Program-made: the position numbers and the translations under genes
Notes under the pieces: generated by a model
Told to the model about the DNA's origin: nothing
Seen by the model: only the letters and a program-made list of their open reading frames with translations
The model's database searches: none
Assembly: GCA_900767955.1 (NCBI GenBank)
Contig: CAAGBC010000049.1
Span: 14,992-78,991, forward strand
Length of the DNA: 64,000 nucleotides
From: Spirochaetia bacterium
Lineage (GTDB): Bacteria > Spirochaetota > Spirochaetia > Treponematales > Treponemataceae
Reading direction: 5' to 3'
Shown here: positions 51,078-61,075 of the stretch, piece after piece
Layout: every line of letters begins with the position of its first letter
How positions within the stretch are numbered: position 1 is the stretch's first letter

Positions 51078-52453
51078 TTTGCTCCAATAGATAGAAGTTG
51101 TTCAAGTTTTTCTTTTCCTATTAATTCAATAGGTCTGTTTTCGGCAAATGCTAAAGCTGTTCTTGTAAATCCTGAACTTGCGATAATAAATGCTTTTGTA
51201 CAGTTTAGAGCTTTCATTTGGTCAATAGCTTCTCTTACAGCACTGTCTTCAAGAGGTTCTGGTTCTCTGTAAAATCTAAGGAATGTAAGTTGTTTTCTCA
51301 TGTTGCGCCAGTTGTCATCTTTTTTTTCTGTAGCAACAAGTTGACAACCGAATTTTTTAATATCTGCTTGTTGTGATGATAATTTTAATGCATTTAAAGC
51401 AGCGTTTTTACAAATTTCAAGGAAGTCTGCATCAGCACATGTAAGATAATCTTTCATGTTATCATTTGCTTGTAAAGCTTTGTATTCTGATAATTTTGAA
51501 GGAACATCTCTAAATGAACGATTGCGTTTATATATTGCTTCCCATTGTTCAATAGCTTTTTCAATTTTTCTTGTTTTTTCATAACATGATGCAAGAAAAT
51601 ATCTTGCGTGCAATGTTTCTTGTTTTACATTTTCTTTATCAAGGTCAATAGCTCTTTGTAAATCAACTTGTGCATTGTCGTATCTATTTGCCATGATGTA
51701 ACAAGTACTGCGTTCAATAAGAGCTTTTTGTTTGAATTCGTTGTCTCGTTGAGCTTTTTCAAAGGCTTTAATTGCACCTGCTAAATCTTTTGCTTCTTTT
51801 AATATTTTTCCTTGGTAATAGTAACAAGAATATGTGTCAGGACTAAGTGAAATAGCTAAATCAATTTCGCGTTTTGCTTCGTTAAATTGTTTTGATTGGT
51901 ATAAAATATATCCAATTGCGGCATGGGCTTTTGCATTTTTTTTGTCAATTGCTACACATTTTTGTAAAAAAGTATGAGCTGCATCAATTCTTCCTGCTTG
52001 CTGATAAATTTTTCCAACATTGAAGTAGTTTTCAGCATTCATAGGTTCCATTTTTGTAAGAAGTAAATATTCTCTTAAAGCTTCATTTTGTTGATTGAAT
52101 TTTGTATGTAATGTAGCAAGTTCCTTTCTGAATGGGATTTCTGGAAGTTCGTTACTAAAAAGGGCATTTTCATTTACATATTTGTATTCCATTAAAGCAA
52201 GTTCGCTTCTGTTGTCTGCTAAATATGCTTTTCCAAGGTAGTAATGTGCAAGGTAATTTTTTGAATCTTTTGCAAGTATTTGTTTTGCAATTTTTATAGC
52301 AGCTTGAGTTTTTCCTTGTTTAAGTAATTTTTTGATGGAATCAACTTGCTTTGGAGCAGAAAAAAGTCTCACGAGTAAAAAAGCAAGAGAAACAACAACA
52401 ACACTTATAAAAACAATTAGTATGATTAAAAAGGAACCCATATTTACTCCCAT
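51074..52453 (-). CDS. Membrane-anchored TPR protein with C-terminal Mrr_cat-like (restriction-endonuclease-fold) domain
   Basis: N-terminal TM helix and several TPRs. The C-terminal ...AFIIASSGFTRTALAFAENRPIELIGKEKLEQLL resembles the Mrr_cat fold, but the catalytic residues are uncertain. Confidence 0.5.
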   Translation of the reverse strand: MGVNMGSFLIILIVFISVVVVSLAFLLVRLFSAPKQVDSIKKLLKQGKTQAAIKIAKQILAKDSKNYLAHYYLGKAYLADNRSELALMEYKYVNENALFSNELPEIPFRKELATLHTKFNQQNEALREYLLLTKMEPMNAENYFNVGKIYQQAGRIDAAHTFLQKCVAIDKKNAKAHAAIGYILYQSKQFNEAKREIDLAISLSPDTYSCYYYQGKILKEAKDLAGAIKAFEKAQRDNEFKQKALIERSTCYIMANRYDNAQVDLQRAIDLDKENVKQETLHARYFLASCYEKTRKIEKAIEQWEAIYKRNRSFRDVPSKLSEYKALQANDNMKDYLTCADADFLEICKNAALNALKLSSQQADIKKFGCQLVATEKKDDNWRNMRKQLTFLRFYREPEPLEDSAVREAIDQMKALNCTKAFIIASSGFTRTALAFAENRPIELIGKEKLEQLLSIGAK

Positions 52454-52671
52454 AATTTAATTAGATAAAAGGTTTATTAAAAAATATCAATTTTTGATTC
52501 GTCTTTATAATTTATAATATAGTAACTTTATTATATTTTTTTTGTTTAAAATTGCTATATAGTATATCGTTTTTATTATACATCAACTTTTAAAAGTATA
52601 AAAGATAATTGTTAAAGTTGTTTTATTAAAATTAAAATGCTATCATATATAGAAAGAAATGTAATAAAATT

Positions 52672-53457
52672 ATGGATAATTGCATGAAGAAAATTCGTTT
52701 TAGTTTTATTTTTTTTGTTTTGATAATAGCATCTTCTCTTTTTGCAGAGACTGAAGGTGAAAAATTGTTTAAGAATAATGATCCTTCTGGGGCAATTCCT
52801 TTGCTTGAAAAAGATATTGCTACAGGTAGTATTTCTGCAGATACTTATAATTTTTTAGGATTGTCATATTATCAAATTGGTAATTTACCAAAATCCTTAG
52901 AAGCTTTTGAAAAAGGAATGAATTCTCCTCTTTCCAATAAGAAGGTTCTTTCGTTTAATCAAGGAAATGTTGCATATTCATCAGGTGATTATAAAAAAGC
53001 TGAAACATCATTTTCTTTGGCATTAGCTGCTTCTCCTACTTTTTACGAAGCCTTATTAAATCGTGCAAATGCAAGATTGATGTCACAGAAATATCCAGAA
53101 GCTTTGGAAGATTATAAAAAGTATATCACAGTTCTTCCTGATGATCCCCAGGAACCAGAAATACGAAGATTGATTGCATATTTGGAAGGTGAAATTCAAC
53201 GCATTCAAGAAGAAGCAATTCGTTTTGCTGAAGAACAAAAGCGCTTGGAAGAAGAAAATGCTCGTATGCAGGCTGAATTAGCAAGACAACAGGCTGAACG
53301 GGAAGCAGCAGAAGCGGAATTAAGAGCGGCAGAAGCAGAACGCCGTAGAAAATTATTGGAAGATGTTGCTAATTCATTACAGCAGACTGATACAGTAAAT
53401 ATGACAGCTGGTGCTGAAGATGTTCTTGATTATGATTATGAATCTGAACTTGAATAA
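52672..53457 (+). CDS. Secreted TPR/coiled-coil protein
   Basis: Signal peptide, TPRs, and an Ala/Glu/Arg-rich coiled coil. Confidence 0.5.
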   Translation: MDNCMKKIRFSFIFFVLIIASSLFAETEGEKLFKNNDPSGAIPLLEKDIATGSISADTYNFLGLSYYQIGNLPKSLEAFEKGMNSPLSNKKVLSFNQGNVAYSSGDYKKAETSFSLALAASPTFYEALLNRANARLMSQKYPEALEDYKKYITVLPDDPQEPEIRRLIAYLEGEIQRIQEEAIRFAEEQKRLEEENARMQAELARQQAEREAAEAELRAAEAERRRKLLEDVANSLQQTDTVNMTAGAEDVLDYDYESELE

Positions 53458-53478
53458 ATATATTATATAGAAAATAAG

Positions 53479-55656
53479 GTGAAAAAAATGAAAGGCTTTG
53501 ATGATTTTAAAAGTTTTAGTTCCTATGGATTAAAAACAAAATTAACAAAAAAACAAAAAATTGCTATTTGTAGCGGAATTGCTGCTGTTGTGATTTTGGT
53601 TATAGTTTTGTGTGCAAAAGGTTGCGGAGCTGCTTCTAACAATAAAGTTCGAGCAAATACTTTTTCTGTAGTTCGTATGTATCTTGAAAAAGGTCAATAT
53701 GATAGAGCTATGGATAAACTTGATGAATTATTGTTGAAAAATCCTCTTGATGAAGAAGCATTAGCGTTAATGGATGAAATTCTTGCAAAAAAATCTGGAG
53801 CAGAAGGCGCTAATGTATCAACTTCGAATGTTACTGTTGAAGTTGATACTCAAGGTTTGACAGATGCAATGCAATCTTCTATAGAATCAATGAAATATGA
53901 ACTTGCTAAAACAAATCAAACCGCTGTGGAAAACCAAAAAGCAATGGCTGATTTATTAAAAAAGCAACAACAACAAGCTGCAGAAGAACAACAACGCTTG
54001 GAAGAACAAAAAGTTCAGCAAAAAGCAGCAGAAGAACAGCGTAAAAAAGATGAAGCAGCAAGAAAAGCTGCAGAAAAAGCCGCAGAGGAACAGCGCAAAA
54101 AAGATGAAGCTGCAAAAAAAGCTGCGGAAGAAGCCCTTGCAAAAAAGAATGCACAATTAAAAAAAGAAATTGATGCTGTAAATGATGAAATTATGCAAGG
54201 TAAAGTTGCATTAAATTCTGGAAATATAAATTCTGCATTAGAACATTTTGAAAAAGCACAAAAAAATCTTCCTGTGTCAGATGGAGAACCTGCATTTTCT
54301 GGAAGTAAATATTCTGAAATTGCCGTTGCATTATATAATGCTGCAGAAAAAGCTACTGGAGATGATAAAGAGCGTTTAAAATCAACAGCTTTGGTTTATG
54401 CAGAAAATGCTGTATCAAAAAATCCTAAAGATGCGCCTTCTCATTTTATTATTGGAATGAATGCATTGGAAAATAAAGATTATCAAAAAGCACTTGATGA
54501 ATTAACAAATGCTGTAATGTATGATGGAAAAAATTATTTATATTATTACAACCTTGGTCGTGTTCAGTATATGATGAAAAAATATACAGCGGCTAAATCT
54601 TCTTTTTCTACATCAGCAATGTTAAATAGTGCTTTTGCTCCTGCAAGATATAATTTGGGACTAACAAATTTAAGATTAAATGACCAAAAATCAGCTTTGG
54701 CAGAATTCAGAAAAGCTCATGATGTTGACCCTCGTCACGAAAAAGCATATTTGGAAGAAGCTCGTCTTTTGTCAAAATTAGGTGATTTAAATGGCGCAGT
54801 TAGTGCTTATACAAATGTTGTAAAAATTAATAACATAAACAGAGCTGCCTTAGGTGAGCTAGGAAATGTTTACACACAGCAGAAAAAATATGCAGATGCA
54901 GAATCTTCCTTTAGAAAATCTTTAGCAATGTTGCCAGCAGGAACTGATGATCCTTTGACTTATTACAATTTATCTACAGTTTTGTTTGAACAAGGAAAAT
55001 CAGAAGAAGCTATTGCTTATGCAAAAAAGGCTTATGAAACAAAAGATTCATTAAGAGATGCTAATTCAAAAGCAAATGTTACATATAACTATGCTTTGCT
55101 TTGCGAACGAACTTCAAGAGTGGAAGAAGCTATTGCAAAATACGCTGAAGTTTTACAATTTAATCCTAATCACTTAAAAACTCATATTAATCTTGGAGCA
55201 ATGTATATTAATATGACTCCACCAGATGCAGATATGGCTCTTTCTTTGTTCTTAAAGGCATATAATATTGATAGAAATAACTTTGAGGTTAATAACAATT
55301 TAGGAAGTGCATATTTGGAAAAGAAAGAATATAAAAATGCAATTTTGTATTTCCAAAACGCTTTGAAATTAGATTCAAAAAATAATGAAGTTAGATCAAA
55401 TTTGGCTCAAGCTTTTGCAAGTGATAGTCAATTTGATAACGCAAAAACAACTTATCTTGAAGTATTAAAACAAGATCAATCTGATTGGAACGCTTATGTA
55501 GAACTTGGAAAAGTTTGTATGGCATTAAATGATAATGCTGCTGCAGAAAAGTATTTTGTTTATGTTCAAGAAAAAAATCCTACTTTCAGAAAAGCAGAAA
55601 TTGAATCTTTGTTAGCTTCTATTTCTGCAGCAAATATAACATCACTTAATCATTAA
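53479..55656 (+). CDS. Membrane-anchored TPR-repeat protein with low-complexity coiled-coil segment
   Basis: TM helix, a KAAEEQRKKDEAA repeat region, then about 12 TPRs. Confidence 0.55.
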   Translation: MKKMKGFDDFKSFSSYGLKTKLTKKQKIAICSGIAAVVILVIVLCAKGCGAASNNKVRANTFSVVRMYLEKGQYDRAMDKLDELLLKNPLDEEALALMDEILAKKSGAEGANVSTSNVTVEVDTQGLTDAMQSSIESMKYELAKTNQTAVENQKAMADLLKKQQQQAAEEQQRLEEQKVQQKAAEEQRKKDEAARKAAEKAAEEQRKKDEAAKKAAEEALAKKNAQLKKEIDAVNDEIMQGKVALNSGNINSALEHFEKAQKNLPVSDGEPAFSGSKYSEIAVALYNAAEKATGDDKERLKSTALVYAENAVSKNPKDAPSHFIIGMNALENKDYQKALDELTNAVMYDGKNYLYYYNLGRVQYMMKKYTAAKSSFSTSAMLNSAFAPARYNLGLTNLRLNDQKSALAEFRKAHDVDPRHEKAYLEEARLLSKLGDLNGAVSAYTNVVKINNINRAALGELGNVYTQQKKYADAESSFRKSLAMLPAGTDDPLTYYNLSTVLFEQGKSEEAIAYAKKAYETKDSLRDANSKANVTYNYALLCERTSRVEEAIAKYAEVLQFNPNHLKTHINLGAMYINMTPPDADMALSLFLKAYNIDRNNFEVNNNLGSAYLEKKEYKNAILYFQNALKLDSKNNEVRSNLAQAFASDSQFDNAKTTYLEVLKQDQSDWNAYVELGKVCMALNDNAAAEKYFVYVQEKNPTFRKAEIESLLASISAANITSLNH

Positions 55657-55662
55657 TTGTGA

Positions 55663-57747
55663 TTAAGTTCTTCTGACTAACGCAAATAACTGTTCTCTGG
55701 AAATTGTTGTGTAAACAGGTCTTCCATGAGGGCAGTGTGGGTCAGGAAGAAGTAGTGCTTCTTTAGCAATTTTACTAGCTGTGTCATCATCTAGTGTGTA
55801 TCCATCTTTTACGGCTGCTTTGCAAGCGGCTGTAGCTGCAATGGAATAAATTATTTCTTCTGGTTTTACTTTTTCATCAAGTAAAGCATGTTGCAAATCT
55901 TCTTCGCCACCAGTCCATCGTTCTTGGATTGAAGTAAATTCCCAATTTCCATTACCACAATTTTTACAAGTGAAACCAATTTCAATAAGAGATTCTTGAA
56001 TAGATTCTAAATATTTGTCTTCATCATCAGATTGAGTTTTTATTGTGTAAGGAACAAGTAATTCTTGTTTTTGACCTTTTGTTTGGATTATTTTGTTGTA
56101 CAAAATTCTTTCGTGGGCTGCGTGTTTGTCAATTATGTAAAGAATATTGTTTTGTTCTGCAATAATAAAAGTTCCTAATGCACTTCCCACAAAATGAAAA
56201 GAATCTTCATTAAAGTTTTGGGTTTCTGTTGTAACTTCATTTGGAACGGTCAATTCAATATTTGTTTTTTGTGAAATTTCATTTGAATCTACAATTAAAG
56301 TAGTTTCTTGTGGATGATTTATTTCTTCAGTTTTTGGTGTTGCTTCTTGAGTTTGAAAATTGTTGTATGCTTCAAGGGCTTTGTTCACCAAGGAAAGAAC
56401 TTTTTCTTTTGTGGCATTTTTAGTTTCCGCTTGAAGAGTTTGTTCATCATTGGAATTTACTTTTTCTAAATCATTAAATGATGATTTGTACTGAACTTTT
56501 GGAGTTTCGTAAGTGTATTGTTCAGTTTTGTTATAATTTGTAAAAAATTTTTCTCTAACATCGGATAAAATTTCTTTATTTGATGTGCTGTTATTATATG
56601 ATTTTGCAAATCGTTGGTAGCCTGAAAGTTTTGGTTCAGTAGTGTAAGTTTTTTCTGCAAAGGCGTTTTGTGGCTTCTGAATAGAAGTTTCTTCCTGTGT
56701 GAATAATTGTGGAGAATCTTCTGGAATAGATTTTTTTACCATTGTCTTGTTTGTGTATTCTTGAAAAAACAAACGAGTTTTGGAACTAATTCCGTGGTGC
56801 AAATCTGAAATATCTTTAAAGCGAGCTTCTTTTTTTGCAGGATGAATATTAAAATCAACTAATGATGGATTGATGTTTACAAAAACTGCGGCAACGGGAT
56901 ATGTTCCATTTGGAAAATAACCTTGGCAACCGTATTCAATTGCTTGTACAAGAGAATATTCTGTAATTTTTCTGCCGTTTACAAAAATATAAATATCTTT
57001 TTTTGAGCTACGGAAAACGCTTGGTTCGCCAATAATAAGTTTGAAACTCCAATCAGGATTTTGACCAATTGCACTTGCTGAAATTTCATTAAATAAGGAT
57101 ATATCTTCTTTTAATTCCATTGCTTTTACAAATCGTTCTTTTAGGCTTTGGTTTGGTGCAAGGTCTAATTTGATTTCACCGTCTGAAACAAATCTAAATG
57201 CTTTTTCTGGGCAAGGTAATGTTTTTTCTATAAATGTGTTTTTACACATTGTTCCTTCGGCGGAAGGCCTTTTTAAAAATACTCGTCTAGCTGGAAAATT
57301 TTCAAATAAACCTTCAGCTTGAACAATTGTTCCTTCTGTTGGAGTCGTTGGTTCTATAATGTTATCTTCTGTGATGGAAGAACGCATTTTATAGCCACCA
57401 GATGTGATTGAAAGTCTACAAACTGATGATATAGAAGCAAGAGCTTCGCCTCTAAATCCTAAAGTTGTTAAATTAAGTAAATCTGTTTCTGTGGAAATTT
57501 TACTAGTTGCATGAGGTTGTGCACAAGTTTGCAAATCTTCTTTTGTCATTCCACAACCGTCGTCTACAATGCGAATTTTTTCAATTCCGCCGCTGGCAAT
57601 TTCTACTGTGATTTTATTTGCGCCAGAGTCAATTGCGTTATCCATTAATTCGCGAATGATTGCGTTTGGTCTATCGATTACTTCTCCTGCGGCAATTTTT
57701 CTTGCAACTTCAGGATTTAACAACTTTACAGGATTTTTTTCACTCAT
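55663..57747 (-). CDS. mutL: DNA mismatch repair protein MutL
   Basis: N-terminal GHKL ATPase (LLNPEVARKIAAGEVIDRP; ELMDNAIDSGA) and a C-terminal dimerisation domain. Confidence 0.9.
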   Translation of the reverse strand: MSEKNPVKLLNPEVARKIAAGEVIDRPNAIIRELMDNAIDSGANKITVEIASGGIEKIRIVDDGCGMTKEDLQTCAQPHATSKISTETDLLNLTTLGFRGEALASISSVCRLSITSGGYKMRSSITEDNIIEPTTPTEGTIVQAEGLFENFPARRVFLKRPSAEGTMCKNTFIEKTLPCPEKAFRFVSDGEIKLDLAPNQSLKERFVKAMELKEDISLFNEISASAIGQNPDWSFKLIIGEPSVFRSSKKDIYIFVNGRKITEYSLVQAIEYGCQGYFPNGTYPVAAVFVNINPSLVDFNIHPAKKEARFKDISDLHHGISSKTRLFFQEYTNKTMVKKSIPEDSPQLFTQEETSIQKPQNAFAEKTYTTEPKLSGYQRFAKSYNNSTSNKEILSDVREKFFTNYNKTEQYTYETPKVQYKSSFNDLEKVNSNDEQTLQAETKNATKEKVLSLVNKALEAYNNFQTQEATPKTEEINHPQETTLIVDSNEISQKTNIELTVPNEVTTETQNFNEDSFHFVGSALGTFIIAEQNNILYIIDKHAAHERILYNKIIQTKGQKQELLVPYTIKTQSDDEDKYLESIQESLIEIGFTCKNCGNGNWEFTSIQERWTGGEEDLQHALLDEKVKPEEIIYSIAATAACKAAVKDGYTLDDDTASKIAKEALLLPDPHCPHGRPVYTTISREQLFALVRRT

Positions 57748-57761
57748 TATCTAGTTCCTTA

Positions 57762-58040
57762 TTATTGTCTTGTTCCTTGTTCTGGTGCGCCTGCTGAACC
57801 TGTGAAATTATCTGTTCCCATGAATAAATCAAGTTGTGGAACTTCTTGTCTTTCTACAGATGGCTGGTTCATTAAGATGTGAATTTTTCCTTCGATTTTT
57901 TCTATTTCTTTTTCAAGAGTTTTTGCAAGTTTAATTCCTTCTTCAAAATTTTTTAATGCTTCTTCCAAAGAAATATCACTTCTTTTTATGTTGTTTGTAA
58001 GTTGTTCAAGTTTTTCTAAGTTTTGTTCAAAATTATTCAT
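57762..58040 (-). CDS. xseB: Exodeoxyribonuclease VII small subunit
   Basis: 92 aa helical protein, FEQNLEKLEQL ... LEEAL. Confidence 0.8.
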   Translation of the reverse strand: MNNFEQNLEKLEQLTNNIKRSDISLEEALKNFEEGIKLAKTLEKEIEKIEGKIHILMNQPSVERQEVPQLDLFMGTDNFTGSAGAPEQGTRQ

Positions 58041-58237
58041 AATATTTATTTATTCTCCTATAAAAAAAAGTTGATTGTTTATTCTTCTATATAAAAATCA
58101 ATGAGGAAATATCAATTTCCGATTTGATTTTTTACGCTGTTTTGCAACAAAGTGAAAAACAGCATTTAATAAGAAAGTTTGCAACGCAAACTTTAAGATA
58201 AAAACTTACACGCTATTTTAGTGGAAGTTTTTATCCG

Positions 58238-59455
58238 TTAGTTTTGGATTTCATCTACAGTTGCTGTAAATCTACCGACTGCTGGAACAATTTCTATTTG
58301 TGTTCCTTTTGTTAAATTTTTAGTGTTTGTAATTATTTCTTGCGTTTCTTTATTTCTTACCATTGAATAGCCTCTAGCAAGAATTGTTTGTGGACTTGAA
58401 CTTTCAAGAATCGCGTGACAATTTTCAATGAGCATTTTTGTATCTTTTACTTTTTGCATCATATTTTGAATAATTGCTTCTTTTGCATTATCAAGTCGTG
58501 ATAACAATGGCTGTTCAATAGAGCGGAATTTTAATTCCATATTGTCAGGATTAAATTGTTTTACCATAGATTTCATTTTGTCTATTCTGCGTGACATTTC
58601 TTGGTATAATTCGTTAGAAAGATATTGCAAATTATTCAAAATGTCTATTTTTTGTGGAACAACAATTTCTGCTGCGGCGGAAGGAGTAGGGGCTCTACAA
58701 TCTGCTGCGTAATCACTTAAGGCCCAGTCAATTTCGTGACCAACTGCTGAAACAACAGGAATTTTTGAAGCGGCAATTGCTCTGACTACGATTTCTTCAC
58801 TAAATGGTAATAAATCTTCTAAGGAACCTCCGCCTCGTCCAACAATTAAAACATCACACATATTATATGCGTTGGCTGTATTAATTTGTTTTACAATTGA
58901 CGGTGCTGCTTCATCACCTTGTACTAATGCTGGAAAAATAATAACAGAAACACAAGGATTTCTTCTGCGTGTAATCTGAAGAATGTCTCGTAACGCTGCT
59001 CCTGTGGAACTTGTTACTACACCAATAGTTTTTGGAAATGCTGGCAATTGACGCTTTCGTTGGGATTCAAATAATCCTTCCATTGCAAGACGACGCTTTC
59101 TGTCTTCTAGCATTTTTAAAACATCGCCTTCACCAGCTACTTCCATTTTTGTAATTAATATTTGGTAATTCCCTCTTGGGGGATAAACTGTAATTCTTCC
59201 TGTACATTGAACTTTTACTCCGTCTTTAGGAACAAAAGATAATGACATTACATTGCTTCGAAACATTACAGCGCTTATCTGTGATGTTGTGTCTTTTAAT
59301 GTAAAATATAAATGCCCTGAACTGTTTGGTCTGTAATTTGAAATTTCACCTTCAATTTTTATGGAAGGAAAAGTTCCTTCAAGCACATCTTTTAGTAAAG
59401 AATTAAGTTCTGATACGGATAAAACCTTATCATTTAATAAATTTGGTGGATTCAT
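58238..59455 (-). CDS. xseA: Exodeoxyribonuclease VII large subunit
   Basis: N-terminal OB fold plus the catalytic core, 405 aa. Upstream of xseB on the same strand. Confidence 0.85.
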   Translation of the reverse strand: MNPPNLLNDKVLSVSELNSLLKDVLEGTFPSIKIEGEISNYRPNSSGHLYFTLKDTTSQISAVMFRSNVMSLSFVPKDGVKVQCTGRITVYPPRGNYQILITKMEVAGEGDVLKMLEDRKRRLAMEGLFESQRKRQLPAFPKTIGVVTSSTGAALRDILQITRRRNPCVSVIIFPALVQGDEAAPSIVKQINTANAYNMCDVLIVGRGGGSLEDLLPFSEEIVVRAIAASKIPVVSAVGHEIDWALSDYAADCRAPTPSAAAEIVVPQKIDILNNLQYLSNELYQEMSRRIDKMKSMVKQFNPDNMELKFRSIEQPLLSRLDNAKEAIIQNMMQKVKDTKMLIENCHAILESSSPQTILARGYSMVRNKETQEIITNTKNLTKGTQIEIVPAVGRFTATVDEIQN

Positions 59456-59512
59456 ACAATGATTTTATACATTCAGTTCAACTTGTTCAACGGTTTGCCG
59501 ATTATATAAGAG

Positions 59513-61075
59513 ATGAAAACTCTTGTATTTTTATATGTCGATTCAAATTCTCTACATCTTTTTGATAAAGTTTTTGATGGAAAATCAGCTTTTTATCGTA
59601 GTTTAACTTGGGCTGATTCTGTGGAACAAACTGTAGGAACTGTTGTTCTTACTTGTGATAAATATTTGCAAAATGTAAATGAAGAAATTTGCGATTTCAA
59701 CAATATTCAAGTAATTTCCCAATCAGAATGGAATGTGACAACTCTATTGGAACAAATTCGTTCCTGTTGTGAAAAAGTTGAAGCTGAAAATGTAGTTTAT
59801 GCTTTTGCTGATTGTCCGTTTTTGAATTTGGAATTAACAAAGTCTTTGCTAGAAACTCACACAAAATATTGTGCTGAATATACTTTTGCTGACGGATATC
59901 CTTATGGTTTTGCGCCAGAAGTAATATCAAGTGATGTAATAAAATTATTTCTTCAATTAAATAAGCAAGAAAACCTTCATGATGTAAAAAAAGACAGTTT
60001 ATTTTCTTTGATAAAAAAAGATATAAATTCTTTTGAAGTAGAAACTGTTCTTGCAGAAGATGATTGGCGAATGTTTAGAATGAGTTTTGATTGTGCATCT
60101 TTGCAAGGATTAAAAGCTTGTTCTGCGTTGTTTGATATGAATTTGCAAACAAATAATCCTGATGAAATTTCAAAAGTTGCAAGTCAAAATGTAAATATAT
60201 TAAAAACAGTGCCAAGTTTTTATAACATAGAAATTTGTGGAAAATGTTTGGGCTTGTGTTCCTATTGTCCTCATGCAGAAGAAGGAAAAAAATCAACACA
60301 ATTAATGAATTTTGATTCTTTTAAGAAACTTGTAAAAAAAATAAGTGATTTTTCAGAAAATGCAGTAATTTCACTTTCTGCCTTTGGGGAACCTGTTTTG
60401 CATCCAGAATTTACTGAATTTGTAAAAACTGTTTTAGCGGAACAAGGTTTATCTGTTTTGATAGAAACTGACGGAATAAATTTAAACGAAGCAATAATCA
60501 AGGAATTAAGGGATTTTGCAAATTCTGTTTCTGAACGCACAAATGGTTATCAAAAAATTATGTGGATTGTTTCGATTGATGCAATGACAAAAGAAACTTA
60601 TGGCTTGTTGCGTGGTAATTCTGAAAATTTTGGTTATGCAAATGCCATTGTTGCCTTGTTGCAAAATTATTTTGCAGGAAGTGTTTATCCTCAGCTAGTA
60701 AGAATGAATGAAAATGAACATGAATTAGAAAGTTTTTATCGTTTTTGGAGTGATAAAAATAGTCCTTCCTGTGGAAATTTAATAATTCAAAAATATAGCA
60801 ATTATTGTAAAACTTTGCCTGATAGAAAACCTACAGATTTATCTCCTATTGAACGAAATCCATGTTGGCATTTGCGTCGTGATATGACAATTCGTTCTGA
60901 TGGAAATGTTGTTGTTTGTAAAGAAAAATTTGCTGATGGTTTTGTGGGTAATGTGTTTAATGAAGATTTAAATACTATTTGGCAACAGTTTACGCCTTTG
61001 GTTGAAGAACAAATAAGACAAGAATATTCAAAAAAATGTGGGGATTGTGATGAATACTATACCTTTAATTTTTAA
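59513..61075 (+). CDS. Cytidylyltransferase-like N-domain fused to radical-SAM/SPASM-like domain protein
   Basis: CLGLCSYC fits the CxxxCxxC radical-SAM cluster. C-terminal Cys-rich CWHLRRD ... CGDCDEY. N-terminus resembles sugar-nucleotidyltransferase folds. Confidence 0.55.
   Translation: MKTLVFLYVDSNSLHLFDKVFDGKSAFYRSLTWADSVEQTVGTVVLTCDKYLQNVNEEICDFNNIQVISQSEWNVTTLLEQIRSCCEKVEAENVVYAFADCPFLNLELTKSLLETHTKYCAEYTFADGYPYGFAPEVISSDVIKLFLQLNKQENLHDVKKDSLFSLIKKDINSFEVETVLAEDDWRMFRMSFDCASLQGLKACSALFDMNLQTNNPDEISKVASQNVNILKTVPSFYNIEICGKCLGLCSYCPHAEEGKKSTQLMNFDSFKKLVKKISDFSENAVISLSAFGEPVLHPEFTEFVKTVLAEQGLSVLIETDGINLNEAIIKELRDFANSVSERTNGYQKIMWIVSIDAMTKETYGLLRGNSENFGYANAIVALLQNYFAGSVYPQLVRMNENEHELESFYRFWSDKNSPSCGNLIIQKYSNYCKTLPDRKPTDLSPIERNPCWHLRRDMTIRSDGNVVVCKEKFADGFVGNVFNEDLNTIWQQFTPLVEEQIRQEYSKKCGDCDEYYTFNF

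Noticed and set aside
53906-54156. Minus-strand ORFs full of Leu/Phe
   Set aside because: They are reverse-frame artefacts of the Lys/Glu/Ala low-complexity coiled-coil coding region of the 725-aa TPR protein.
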